DNA from: Methanothermococcus sp. Ax23
GTDB taxonomy: Archaea > AGJL01 > Methanococci > Methanococcales > Methanococcaceae
Direction of reading: 5' to 3'
Assembly: GCF_049075655.1 (NCBI RefSeq)
Contig: NZ_CP157522.1
Span: 224,001-288,000, forward strand
DNA length: 64,000 nucleotides
This document shows, piece by piece, positions 30,883 to 40,716 of the stretch (within the stretch, counting starts at the first letter, position 1; each line of letters begins with the position of its first letter). The position numbers were made by a program, and so were the translations under genes. The notes under the pieces are model-generated. The model had not been told where the DNA came from, did no database searches, and saw only the letters and a list, made by a program, of their open reading frames with translations.

Positions 30883-31638
30883 TTATCTTGTTTTATTTAG
30901 GAAGTAATCTAGGAATACTGTACCACCACCATAGCATGCTGGTTTTGGATGCAGTGATAAATAGAATTGGTATTGTGAATTATCATAATCAAATAATGCT
31001 TTGATTTCTTGGAATTTAATTTCATTTTTTGGAATATACCATGTATATTCGTTATTTGTGATTTTTTCAATAGTGCCGTTTGGGTAAATTAATTTATCAG
31101 TTAATATTATGGTATAATTATGTTTAAGAAGTACCTTCATAGAGTCATTACTTAATGCCCATGCAGGTGGAAGAAACAATGTCATATTATCAAACCCACA
31201 TTTTGACATTATAATTTCGGCATTGTAGAGTTTTTTTGAACATACACTTTTTGAACAGTTGAATTCGTGATAAGTATGTTTATAACCATGAAGTTCAACT
31301 TTATACCCTCTATTTTCTAATTGATGCAGATAATTAACAAATTCTTTATTTTTTCTTAAATCCCATTTTCCACCACTAGATGGGTTTTCAAGATCTGGAA
31401 TTACAAATAAAATGGTATTATTGCTGTAATTGTATTTATCAATAATTGGTATAATTTCTTTCAATTCATCAAAATATGCTGGACTTATATCATGTATCAG
31501 AATTATTGGCTTATTTTTTTGTTGGGAATTGGATATATTCCATAAATGCGAATTATTTAAATGACATGTGTTAAAAGATGCCGCTATTGTCAATAAAATT
31601 AACACTAATACGATTATTGGATATAATATTTTTTTCAT
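30883..31638 (-). CDS. DUF2334 / polysaccharide-deacetylase-like secreted protein
   Basis: IHDISP, ELHGYKH..HEF, FLPPAW, LSLHP; N-terminal TM. Confidence 0.75.
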   Translation of the reverse strand: MKKILYPIIVLVLILLTIAASFNTCHLNNSHLWNISNSQQKNKPIILIHDISPAYFDELKEIIPIIDKYNYSNNTILFVIPDLENPSSGGKWDLRKNKEFVNYLHQLENRGYKVELHGYKHTYHEFNCSKSVCSKKLYNAEIIMSKCGFDNMTLFLPPAWALSNDSMKVLLKHNYTIILTDKLIYPNGTIEKITNNEYTWYIPKNEIKFQEIKALFDYDNSQYQFYLSLHPKPACYGGGTVFLDYFLNKTR

Positions 31639-31647
31639 ATTGCCCCC

Positions 31648-32406
31648 CTATCGAGTTTCATTTAAAAAATAATCTAAAAATTTCAACCCTCCTCCATAAT
31701 TTACAGCTTTTGGATGGATTGATAAACAAAACTGGTGTTGTGAAGTTTTATAATCTGAAACTGCCAATAGTTCAACAGTTTTTGTAAGATTCTTAGGTAA
31801 ATACCAAGTATATTCTTTATTCGTAATTATAATCCTTTTAATAGAATTATTTTCCTTTTTTAATATATTGGGGCCTACGATAATTGAGATATTTTTATCT
31901 AGAAATACCTCTTCTGCGTCCTTTGATAATCCATACCTCGGTGGAATAAAGTATTTTATATTTTTAGTATCAAACCCGCAATCTTCCAATATTTTAAATG
32001 ATTTGTCGAGTTTTTCCCCTGCAACAGTCCTATTGCAGTCGTATTCTCTATTTATATGATTATATGCATGGTATTCAATGTGATAACCTTCATTTTCTAA
32101 ATGGTGTAGGTATTTTACAAACTCAGGATAATCTTTTAAGTTGTATTCATTTGCATGATTTACTATAACGAACAAGTAGGTTCTGTTTTGATAGTGGTGT
32201 TTGTTTATTATTTTTTCAATATCCTTTAACTCATTGAAGTATTTTGGACTAACATCATGGACAAGAATAATCGGTTTTTGAGTGGTATTATCCGATATAT
32301 CGCTTAACGGGTCAAATTCATAATTGTTATTTATCTCAAAAGTGGATATTAGCAATGGTATTATAATTATTAAAAAAATAAATGAATATGATATTTTTTT
32401 ATTCAT
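31648..32406 (-). CDS. DUF2334 / polysaccharide-deacetylase-like secreted protein (tandem paralog)
   Basis: VHDVSP, EYHAYNH, FIPPRY, LSIHP; clearly similar to the adjacent gene. Confidence 0.75.
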   Translation of the reverse strand: MNKKISYSFIFLIIIIPLLISTFEINNNYEFDPLSDISDNTTQKPIILVHDVSPKYFNELKDIEKIINKHHYQNRTYLFVIVNHANEYNLKDYPEFVKYLHHLENEGYHIEYHAYNHINREYDCNRTVAGEKLDKSFKILEDCGFDTKNIKYFIPPRYGLSKDAEEVFLDKNISIIVGPNILKKENNSIKRIIITNKEYTWYLPKNLTKTVELLAVSDYKTSQHQFCLSIHPKAVNYGGGLKFLDYFLNETR

Positions 32407-32530
32407 TGCCTCCCCCTTTATATTTTGTGTATATTTTTAAAAAGTTAAGGTATATATGAATTATTATAATTTTACTTATATAATAAGTTATATATTTAAA
32501 TTTATAAATACATTTGCCTAAAATAAAAAA

Positions 32531-32603
32531 TGCGCCAGTCGGGATTTGAACCCGAGTTACTGGCTTGGAAGGCCAGAGTGATACCAGGCTACACCACTGG
32601 CGC
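32531..32603 (-). tRNA. tRNA-Gly(TCC)
   Basis: GCGCCAG/CTGGCGC stem; anticodon loop CT-TCC-AA. Confidence 0.96.
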
Positions 32604-32614
32604 ACATATAGTAT

Positions 32615-32709
32615 TTGTAAAGATGCGGCCTCCGGGATTCAAACGCAACCTTTAAAAAAGGTTGCTATCCAAAGTCCAAAACTCGCTTCGCTCGTTTTGG
32701 AGCCTAAGA
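32615..32709 (-). mobile_element. ~70-bp double-hairpin element plus duplicated tRNA-Gly(GCC) 3' end
   Basis: Element 32640-32709; 32615-32639 repeats 32717-32741 (24/25). Confidence 0.8.
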
Positions 32710-32725
32710 CCATAAGTTGTAAGGA

Positions 32726-32798
32726 TGCGGCCTCCGGGATTTGAACCCGGGTATCGGCCGTGGCAGGGCCGTATGATACCAGGCTACATCAAGGCCGC
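32726..32798 (-). tRNA. tRNA-Gly(GCC)
   Basis: GCGGCCT/AGGCCGC stem; anticodon loop CT-GCC-AC; promoter at 32841-32855. Confidence 0.96.
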
Positions 32799-32905
32799 TT
32801 TTTCGTATTACACGAGCAAACTATACAAAGGGGCTCATCATATATAAACATTTCGGTAATGTGTTATTTTACTGCACATCCATATGTGGCGTATAACTCA
32901 CAATT

Positions 32906-33709
32906 TTAACCATCATTCGGCTGAACATTGTTGAGCTCATATATCCAATCGATGTTTCCCTTTAAAACACACCTTGCCACAGAAACAAAATCGGCATATT
33001 TTAACATTTCTTCCGCATCTTCAATTGAATTTATGGAGTTATTCCCGATGATAAGTTTATCTTTAAAATTATATTTTATTTCTTTTAAATAATCTAAATC
33101 AGGATAATTTTTGCCAGGATTGAAGCAATCAACATGTAATCCATTAAAATAATGCCTTACATTATTTAAATTACCAATTAATTCCTCAGCAGGTATAAAA
33201 TTTGCCCTTATTTTTAAAAAAACAGGAATATTTAAGTTTAAATCGCTTATTTTCTCTAAAAAGTTTTTTAGAATAATATTATTTTCTTTTTTTAGGAGCT
33301 CCTGCCCAAGACCTAATTCCGTAATTTCCGGCTGTCGGCAATGGCAGTTTAATTCGATTATATCGGCGTATTTTCCAATAGTTTTTATATTATTCATGGA
33401 TTTTTCAATGTCTTTAAACCTAACATTGACAGAAACCAATGCGTTGCTTTTTTTTGCCTCATTTATTTCCTTTTTTATCAAATCATCGAATTTATCTAAA
33501 TTGTATATAAATTCTTTTCTTCCCCTTTTTACAATTTTTTCACTGGCAATTTGAGTGGCATCATCTAGGTCATAAGCACCAATGGTGACGATGCCAAATA
33601 AATCCTTATATTTTTTGCAGAAGCTCCCATCTGTAATACCAGCCATTGGAGCAAGGACTACTTTTTTACTTCCACATAATTTTAATATGTCGTGGTTATT
33701 AATTGACAT
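32906..33709 (-). CDS. Dus/NifR3-related archaeal TIM-barrel flavoprotein (MJ0144-like)
   Basis: LAPMAGITD, ELNCHCRQPE, IIGNNSI, VSVAR. Confidence 0.85.
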   Translation of the reverse strand: MSINNHDILKLCGSKKVVLAPMAGITDGSFCKKYKDLFGIVTIGAYDLDDATQIASEKIVKRGRKEFIYNLDKFDDLIKKEINEAKKSNALVSVNVRFKDIEKSMNNIKTIGKYADIIELNCHCRQPEITELGLGQELLKKENNIILKNFLEKISDLNLNIPVFLKIRANFIPAEELIGNLNNVRHYFNGLHVDCFNPGKNYPDLDYLKEIKYNFKDKLIIGNNSINSIEDAEEMLKYADFVSVARCVLKGNIDWIYELNNVQPNDG

Positions 33710-33745
33710 GTTATCAATGTTTTTTGTTATTCCTATTATTTTTCA

Positions 33746-34552
33746 TTAAATTGGACATAAAAAATTTCTGGCAGATTTTTTCTTTATATTGTGGTTTTCA
33801 TAGTTCAATGTGCATACCTGACATTCTGTTTTTCCATCCCTTATAAGTTCTAATCCGATATCTGCCATGTTTGAAGCATCTTCCGCTGTTTTCCCAATTC
33901 CAATACCTGCTTTTAATTCAACACCGGTGGATTCTTTTATGTCATTAAACATGCTTATAAAATCACTTTCAGTCATTCCATTGCATGGGCACATAAAGTT
34001 ATCCCCGCCAATGAAGAATCCCATGGCACCATATTTTTTAAGTTCTTTTATAAGTTTTAATTGAACTTCATTGACATTTATATATGTGTCATAGGCATTT
34101 TCCAAATCTGTTAATGTTCCAGTGATATTATTTATATCAACATGTGCCAACTGAACATATCCACTATCAAAGACAAAATCATTTGCAACATCTAATATTT
34201 CCTTTCTATATTCATCCTGGGCACTGCCATGCTCTTGAATCTTTTTCGTTGCAAGTTTTTGAGCTTCATAAGGAGTTTCAGCTGATGCCACAGCCATACT
34301 TATTGTGAAAGGATATCTGTTTTTAATGCTATCTTGAATCCTTTCATGAGTGGTTAAATCTATACCATTTGTAATGGCAATCAGGTTATCAAATCTAGTA
34401 TAGAATACAAGCCCCTTGTGAGCTCCGAATTGTAGGTTCAAATCGCAGTAGAGTCTTGACTGCAAAGCTTGTAAATCACTTTCTCTCCGTGGATTTGGAG
34501 TAACTGTCCATGGTCCGTAATTATCAATCTGTATAACTGTAATTTGAATCAT
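33746..34552 (-). CDS. gch3: GTP cyclohydrolase III
   Basis: [35 protein letters not shown]. Confidence 0.95.
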   Translation of the reverse strand: MIQITVIQIDNYGPWTVTPNPRRESDLQALQSRLYCDLNLQFGAHKGLVFYTRFDNLIAITNGIDLTTHERIQDSIKNRYPFTISMAVASAETPYEAQKLATKKIQEHGSAQDEYRKEILDVANDFVFDSGYVQLAHVDINNITGTLTDLENAYDTYINVNEVQLKLIKELKKYGAMGFFIGGDNFMCPCNGMTESDFISMFNDIKESTGVELKAGIGIGKTAEDASNMADIGLELIRDGKTECQVCTLNYENHNIKKKSARNFLCPI

Positions 34553-34756
34553 AGCTATCATCTTATTAATTATGTGCATTATTCTTTTTTTATCTTTTAA
34601 ATACATTTAGTTAAACATTTCACATTAATAAATTTATTTTTTAATAGTTTTTTTAATGATAGGTTTTAGAGATTATAATATATATTTAGTATTTATTATA
34701 AAATATATTTTATGATTTTGATTAAATAAATTATATCTATAAATTATTTTTGGGAA

Positions 34757-35719
34757 TTATTTCTCATTCAACGACTTATAACCTACAATTATATCTTTTG
34801 CCAATTTTATTTTGTCGGTTAAACTATTCATTATGGTATTTGTAGCCACAACATCACACTTTATATTATCTATTTTATCTTTATCTGCATTGTCTATTAC
34901 AAGGGTGTTGATTATGTCCTTATAGAATTCACAAATTCCTATGACATCCACAGAATACCCTTTTGCCTTCATCAATACTCCCGCTGGACCGCTTACCGCA
35001 CTATCTCCAACTATTGGAGATACTGCAAAGACTACCTTATCCTTAACTGCCTTTTTAATGTCTTTAATGCTTAATATTGGAGCTATTGAAGTTATGGGAT
35101 TTGAAGGACCTATTATAACAAAATCACAATTTTCAATAGCATTCAATGCACCATCCACTGCACTTGCGTAGTTGGAATTTTCATAAAATACATCCAAAAC
35201 ATCAGCTTTTCCTTTTCTATTAATCCAAAAGTCGTGGAATTTTAAAAGAACTTTATTTTCATTTCCTTCTTCATCTTTTTCTTTTATCAATATTTTTGTT
35301 TCAACATTGTCATCGGTCATGGGGTATATATTTGCCTTTATATTGAGCATTTCTCTTTCCATATCTACAATTTTTGACAGCGGATAACCTTTGTTAATAT
35401 AATGAGTTTTGTGCATTTTCAGAGCTCTGTCTTTATCACCTATTCGTAGGAGCTCCTTGAAATCATTAGATTCAAATTTTTTCAATGTTTCATGAGTTGT
35501 AAATGTGTCTCCTTTTACACCATACCATGTTTCTTCATTTATAAGGTCTGAAAAGGTATAAAGAACGGTATCTATATCCGGAGAAAGATATAAACCCCCT
35601 ACCCATGTATCTTCCGCAGTATTAACAATTACAGAAATGTCGTTTTCTGGTATGACTCTTTTTAGTCCTTGCATAAGTTTTGGAGTGCCGGTCCCTCCTG
35701 ATAAAACACATACTTTCAT
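34757..35719 (-). CDS. cofD: 2-phospho-L-lactate transferase (F420 biosynthesis)
   Basis: LSGGTGTPKL, VNTAED, SPDIDTVLY, IGDKDRA, GPSNPITSI, SGPA. Confidence 0.95.
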   Translation of the reverse strand: MKVCVLSGGTGTPKLMQGLKRVIPENDISVIVNTAEDTWVGGLYLSPDIDTVLYTFSDLINEETWYGVKGDTFTTHETLKKFESNDFKELLRIGDKDRALKMHKTHYINKGYPLSKIVDMEREMLNIKANIYPMTDDNVETKILIKEKDEEGNENKVLLKFHDFWINRKGKADVLDVFYENSNYASAVDGALNAIENCDFVIIGPSNPITSIAPILSIKDIKKAVKDKVVFAVSPIVGDSAVSGPAGVLMKAKGYSVDVIGICEFYKDIINTLVIDNADKDKIDNIKCDVVATNTIMNSLTDKIKLAKDIIVGYKSLNEK

Positions 35720-35925
35720 TATACCACTCCCGTTCATAAATTTTTTGAAATTGGTGAGGATTGCATGATGCAATATATAGTACATGATACATACTTGGGA
35801 TTAATATTTAGTTATACAATACAATACTGTGATTATATGTTTCACATCTTATATTTATATTTATTTTATTTATTTTTATTTTTTATATGGAGTATAGGGT
35901 AGTTATATAAAAATGTTAATTTTGA

Positions 35926-37065
35926 TTAAACTTTAAAAACTTTAAAATTAGAGGTAGGTTTATTAAATACACTCCTAACTGGTTTGTGATTGTCAATTAT
36001 TCTTTTTACATTATCTCTTCCGTTATAATTTTTACACATATTGCTTAATTTTTCAGCATTTTTAAAATAAATATCATTATCATTTATCTCGTCAATGGCA
36101 TTACTTAAATCATACTCCAATGTTTTATGAGATAATGCTATTCCACATTTTAGGTCATTTATTTTTCTTGAATTATTTTCCTGCTCTGGATGGTCTAAGT
36201 CAGGAATTGTAATCACTGGCTTTCCAAAGCTCATAGCTTCCATAAGTGTAGAATGCCCTCCATGACAAACCATAAATGAACAATTTTTTATCAGATTTTC
36301 CATGTTGGTAGTTAATGGTATAACCTCAACATTTGATGATTTTATTTTGTTAAGTTTTTTTGCAACCTCATAACTGCCACAAACCATTTTCACTTTTATA
36401 TTTTTTTCTTCTGCCACATCATTTAATAATTTTAAAATCCTAAATCTATATTCAAATCCCCCAATTACACTTAATATATAATCTCCCCTCTTATTTTCAT
36501 AATCGTCCAATTTGTATCTAATTGTTGGTCCAACAAATGACAAATTGTCCAATTTTGTTAAGTTATATTCGCATATGGTATAAGGCATAGGCAAATCTGG
36601 AATAATAACTTTTTCAGCAGATTTATTTATTACATTCAACAGTTTCATAACAGGATAAACAATGAATTTCTCCTTATTATGTGTTCTTGTATAATTTTGA
36701 TTTGTAATAATATAGTAAGGTTTTCTTAGAAATCTTGACGCCACTACTGTGCTGTATTTGCAATCTGATATAATTAAATCAGGGTCATATTTTCTTATTA
36801 TTTCCATCTCTCTTTTTATGGCCTTTGCGGGATTGTATTTATTATTAAATATGCTTTTTTTAATGTCAAATTTACCATCATTTCCAGATAGTTTTATTTC
36901 AGGGTATGTTTCAAAAACATCGTAATTGTATCTTTTTATAAAATCCATACTTTTACCGTATGCTATAAACTTTACATCATGCTCTTTTGAGAGCTCCTCC
37001 CCAATCGCCACGCATCTTGTAGTATGTCCAAATCCTTCACCACATACGGAAATCAATATCTTCAT
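35926..37065 (-). CDS. GT28-like glycosyltransferase (MJ1255 family)
   Basis: [34 protein letters not shown]. Confidence 0.88.
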   Translation of the reverse strand: MKILISVCGEGFGHTTRCVAIGEELSKEHDVKFIAYGKSMDFIKRYNYDVFETYPEIKLSGNDGKFDIKKSIFNNKYNPAKAIKREMEIIRKYDPDLIISDCKYSTVVASRFLRKPYYIITNQNYTRTHNKEKFIVYPVMKLLNVINKSAEKVIIPDLPMPYTICEYNLTKLDNLSFVGPTIRYKLDDYENKRGDYILSVIGGFEYRFRILKLLNDVAEEKNIKVKMVCGSYEVAKKLNKIKSSNVEVIPLTTNMENLIKNCSFMVCHGGHSTLMEAMSFGKPVITIPDLDHPEQENNSRKINDLKCGIALSHKTLEYDLSNAIDEINDNDIYFKNAEKLSNMCKNYNGRDNVKRIIDNHKPVRSVFNKPTSNFKVFKV

Positions 37066-37106
37066 AATATCATCTCCCCCAAGATTTATGCATTTTTACT
37101 ACTTGA

Positions 37107-38156
37107 TTAATTATGGTTTTTAATATAATTTTTTAAGTAATTATATGGCATATTGTATTTTTCCACGGGGATATTTTTAGACCAGAGTTGTGTTTTTGCC
37201 TCATTTAATGATTGTTCAAGGTCTCCATTTTGTTTATAACTGTCCATGGTTTTTTTGAGCACCAATATATTCACTGCAACAGTAATACTGTTATTTACTG
37301 CATCCTCATTAAACTGCAATACATGGTTTCCATCAGATTGGGTAGTAATGGGGACATTTAGATATTTTGACAATAATAAGGCAGAAACGCTATTTTTATC
37401 CAATAATATCGGGTAATTGTTGGAATAGTATTTATAATAATCATGACTAATATTTATTATAGGATATCCAAAGGCATGTATATCTTCATTATAACAATAT
37501 TCTACATTAATATTTGGCTTATTTAAAACTATTACTTTATTTGGGATTTCTAAAACTTTATTCCTCTCATACTCTCCAATAAATCTCTTGTTGTGTGCAT
37601 CATAGATTTTTACAGTATTGTTTTTATAAACTCTAATAACACTATTTGGATTATAAACATCTATGGAGCAATAAACAGGAATATATTCATTGGAAACCAT
37701 AATTACTTCACTGAAATTATAGCCATTAACAAGAACTTTTGTATTGTTGCTATTCAATAGTTTTAATATATTTTCATCGGTTTCTACCCTTGTGGGTCCC
37801 CAAATTCTAATTACATTGCCATATTTTTTTAGTTTATTTTCAACATCCTTGGAAACTGCCAATGGACCTCCAACAATCACTATTTTTTTTGGATTTATGG
37901 ATTTTACCATATTTTCCACATGTGGATTTAGATTATCTCCTTCGGTTTGAAGTATAACTCCATTCAATTCATAGGCATATTCCGCAGCAACAATACAATC
38001 TGCCCAGTTATCGTTTGTAATAATCACAGTATCAACAAGAGAAGGTTTTTCTCCACCTATTTTTACCGCATTAACACATCCAAAAGAAATAAACAAAATT
38101 AAAAAAGAAATAAAAAATAATATATTATGATATTTTTTCATCATCATTTTAACCAC
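37107..38156 (-). CDS. Secreted protein with cell-wall-binding-repeat-2-like segment
   Basis: Signal peptide; KIVIVGGPLAVS...IRIWGPTRVET. Confidence 0.7.
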   Translation of the reverse strand: MVKMMMKKYHNILFFISFLILFISFGCVNAVKIGGEKPSLVDTVIITNDNWADCIVAAEYAYELNGVILQTEGDNLNPHVENMVKSINPKKIVIVGGPLAVSKDVENKLKKYGNVIRIWGPTRVETDENILKLLNSNNTKVLVNGYNFSEVIMVSNEYIPVYCSIDVYNPNSVIRVYKNNTVKIYDAHNKRFIGEYERNKVLEIPNKVIVLNKPNINVEYCYNEDIHAFGYPIINISHDYYKYYSNNYPILLDKNSVSALLLSKYLNVPITTQSDGNHVLQFNEDAVNNSITVAVNILVLKKTMDSYKQNGDLEQSLNEAKTQLWSKNIPVEKYNMPYNYLKNYIKNHN

Positions 38157-39595
38157 CCATTTAGTTCATCTGACAGGGTTAGTTTATTTATCCTGCCAAG
38201 TTTAATCTTTTTAATTATACCTCGTCCCTCTAAATCAGACACTATTCTTGAAACCTTAGGTTTTGTTAATCCAGTGAGCTCTACAATTTCCTTTTGAGTA
38301 ATCTCTTTATATTCCTTTATTAGTTTTATTATCATTTTTTCTTCTTCTGTTAATATATTCATTAACATTTCGCCTTTGGTTTTTTCATATTCATTTATAG
38401 TGTTTCTTAAATTAGATATGATTTGTTCATATTCATTTATCATACTTTTTAGTTTAGCTATGGTTTCTTCTTTTTCAGTTATTATATTTTTTGTGTATTT
38501 ATTTAGTTCGTCGATTTTTTCCATTTCTTTATTGTATAATTCATTTAATTCATTTATTTTTGAATTTAGGGAAGTTATTTCACTTTCATAATATTTTATC
38601 TTATTCAATAATTCGTCATTCATACTTTTGAGTTTTTTGATGGTGTCATTTTTATCGTTTATTTCTATTTCCAATTTATTTATTTTAGATATTAATTCAT
38701 TTATTTCCTCATTTAATTCTTTATTTTTTTCTCTTAGTTTTTGAATATTTTCATCTTTAATATTTATTTTAGATTCTAAGATGCTAACTTTGCTTATTAA
38801 ATCATTTAATTTATCATTTAATTCTTCTTTTTTAAGGCTTAATTCTTTAATGTATTTAGTTTTTGATATATTTTTTTTCTTTTCATATATAATTCCATAC
38901 ATGGAACCTATTGCAAATAATATAAGAATTACAATCAATATGTTGTAATAAATATTTTTGGATATGGCGGGTGTTTGATTTTGAGGTGAGCTCATCAATA
39001 TGGTGTATGATACAGTTGCTGTAAAGTATCTTTCATTTTCACTTAATTTTCTTTTCCATTTTATAAATATCCGTTTTCCATCGGTATCGATAATATAATC
39101 CTGTGGGGTAATACTCAAAAGCCCCTCCGCAGGAGACACCACAGCAGCCCCCGTTGGTAAAATTACAGTCATGCTAAAATTTGAATCTACTGCTGGAACG
39201 CTTACTGAGAGTAATTTTTTATCTCCCTTATCCCAAACTATGTCGCTATCAAATGTTGTTTTTAAATAACCTTTTTCCCCTTTTTTTATCGGATTTTTTA
39301 ACTTAATGACAATTTCCGTAGAACCCTCTTTTGGATTTTTTGAGAATGATTCTATGCCCCTATCAGAATCTACTTTTAAATTGTAGGCATTTTGTGGAAT
39401 TATGTATGTGATGTCCTTAATATCTTCGGAGTTATCGTTATAAATATTCAAAAATATAGTTTCATGAACTTTATTATTTTGGTCAATATCGCAAGTAACA
39501 TTGTAGCTTTCAAATTTGATGGCGTTAGCTGTGTTAAAAACCCCAAATAAAAGTAAAAATAATATTACGACCCTTTTAAGTCTATTATGAATCAT
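38144..39595 (-). CDS. Membrane-anchored HTH protein: extracellular domain, TM, long coiled coil, C-terminal winged helix
   Basis: Signal peptide, TM ~aa 216-236, heptad region, ITQKEIVELTGLTKPKVSRIVSDLEGRGII. Confidence 0.75.
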   Translation of the reverse strand: MIHNRLKRVVILFLLLFGVFNTANAIKFESYNVTCDIDQNNKVHETIFLNIYNDNSEDIKDITYIIPQNAYNLKVDSDRGIESFSKNPKEGSTEIVIKLKNPIKKGEKGYLKTTFDSDIVWDKGDKKLLSVSVPAVDSNFSMTVILPTGAAVVSPAEGLLSITPQDYIIDTDGKRIFIKWKRKLSENERYFTATVSYTILMSSPQNQTPAISKNIYYNILIVILILFAIGSMYGIIYEKKKNISKTKYIKELSLKKEELNDKLNDLISKVSILESKINIKDENIQKLREKNKELNEEINELISKINKLEIEINDKNDTIKKLKSMNDELLNKIKYYESEITSLNSKINELNELYNKEMEKIDELNKYTKNIITEKEETIAKLKSMINEYEQIISNLRNTINEYEKTKGEMLMNILTEEEKMIIKLIKEYKEITQKEIVELTGLTKPKVSRIVSDLEGRGIIKKIKLGRINKLTLSDELNGWLK

Positions 39596-39696
39596 TTTTT
39601 CACATTTCCAACATAATAATAAACATATTAAATAATATTTTCTTTATTTATATGATATATATTATATGTATTTTATAATATATTCTTTCTTTATTT

Positions 39697-40701
39697 TTAC
39701 TTTATTTTTACTTCATTTTCAAACTCCTCGGATGCAATTACCATATTTTTTAATTTATTGTATGCAATATCCAGTGGAAGCAACCTCATACCGCAGTCAG
39801 GATCTATTATCACATGACTATTTAATTTGTTTATTATGTCTCCATTTAGCCCCATAAATGAATTATTATTTTTCAATATTTCCAAACCCTCACTAAGCAA
39901 ATCCTTTATCTCATCAACTGATTCAACAGATTTTAATTTTGTATTTATACATCCAAAACCAACCTTTTTATCAATGGATTCAAGAATATCTAAATTCTTT
40001 CTATTTGAAGCGAATTCATGGTCTAAAATATCTACATTAAAGGTATTCAACTCCTCAAATATATTCACTATATTTCCACATACGTGCATGGAAACAGGAA
40101 CCTTTAAATTTTCTGTGATTCTTTTAATTGCCCTTCTTGCAGTATCCAATTCATACATTCCCGTGGATAATATTGGTTCATCTATTTGTATTATAGATAC
40201 ATAGTCTTGAATTGCTTCTGCCTCCTTTTTTAGGGCATTTGCCAAATCATATATTAATGATTCATCTTTATTGTCTGAATAATAGCTTTCCACTCTTATG
40301 GATGATGCAATTGTGCATGGTCCTGTCAATATTCCTTTAATACTCTTATTAGAATTGTTTTTATTTTTACCATTATTTTTACTGTTATTATTCTTATTTT
40401 TATTTAAAATGGCATTTGCAAATTTTATGTCCTTTAATGTAATTGGTTTGGTGTGTTCGATTCTATTCACCACTCTTTTTCCCTCAAATCCATATAGGTT
40501 GCTCACAAATATCTCAACCATGTCTCCTCGCACCTGTCCATCACTTAATACATCTATTCCAGCATTTAATTGGTCTATCACTGCCTTTTCTATGGCATAT
40601 TTGTATCTATCAAACATTCCAAGTTTGTCTTTAATTTTTTCTAAAAAGTTTTCTGGCTCTTTAATTACCACAGGGTAGCTCCCAACAACTGTTTTTATCA
40701 T
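39697..40701 (-). CDS. metE: Archaeal core methionine synthase (MetE catalytic-domain type)
   Basis: VVGSYP, SDGQVR, LTGPCT, QIDEP, HVCG, DPDCGMR. Confidence 0.88.
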   Translation of the reverse strand: MIKTVVGSYPVVIKEPENFLEKIKDKLGMFDRYKYAIEKAVIDQLNAGIDVLSDGQVRGDMVEIFVSNLYGFEGKRVVNRIEHTKPITLKDIKFANAILNKNKNNNSKNNGKNKNNSNKSIKGILTGPCTIASSIRVESYYSDNKDESLIYDLANALKKEAEAIQDYVSIIQIDEPILSTGMYELDTARRAIKRITENLKVPVSMHVCGNIVNIFEELNTFNVDILDHEFASNRKNLDILESIDKKVGFGCINTKLKSVESVDEIKDLLSEGLEILKNNNSFMGLNGDIINKLNSHVIIDPDCGMRLLPLDIAYNKLKNMVIASEEFENEVKIK

Positions 40702-40716
40702 ATTATCACCAAAATA

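Noticed and set aside
32399-32605. 68-aa ORF (MRQWCSLV...)
   Set aside because: Translation of tRNA-Gly(TCC) and its flank
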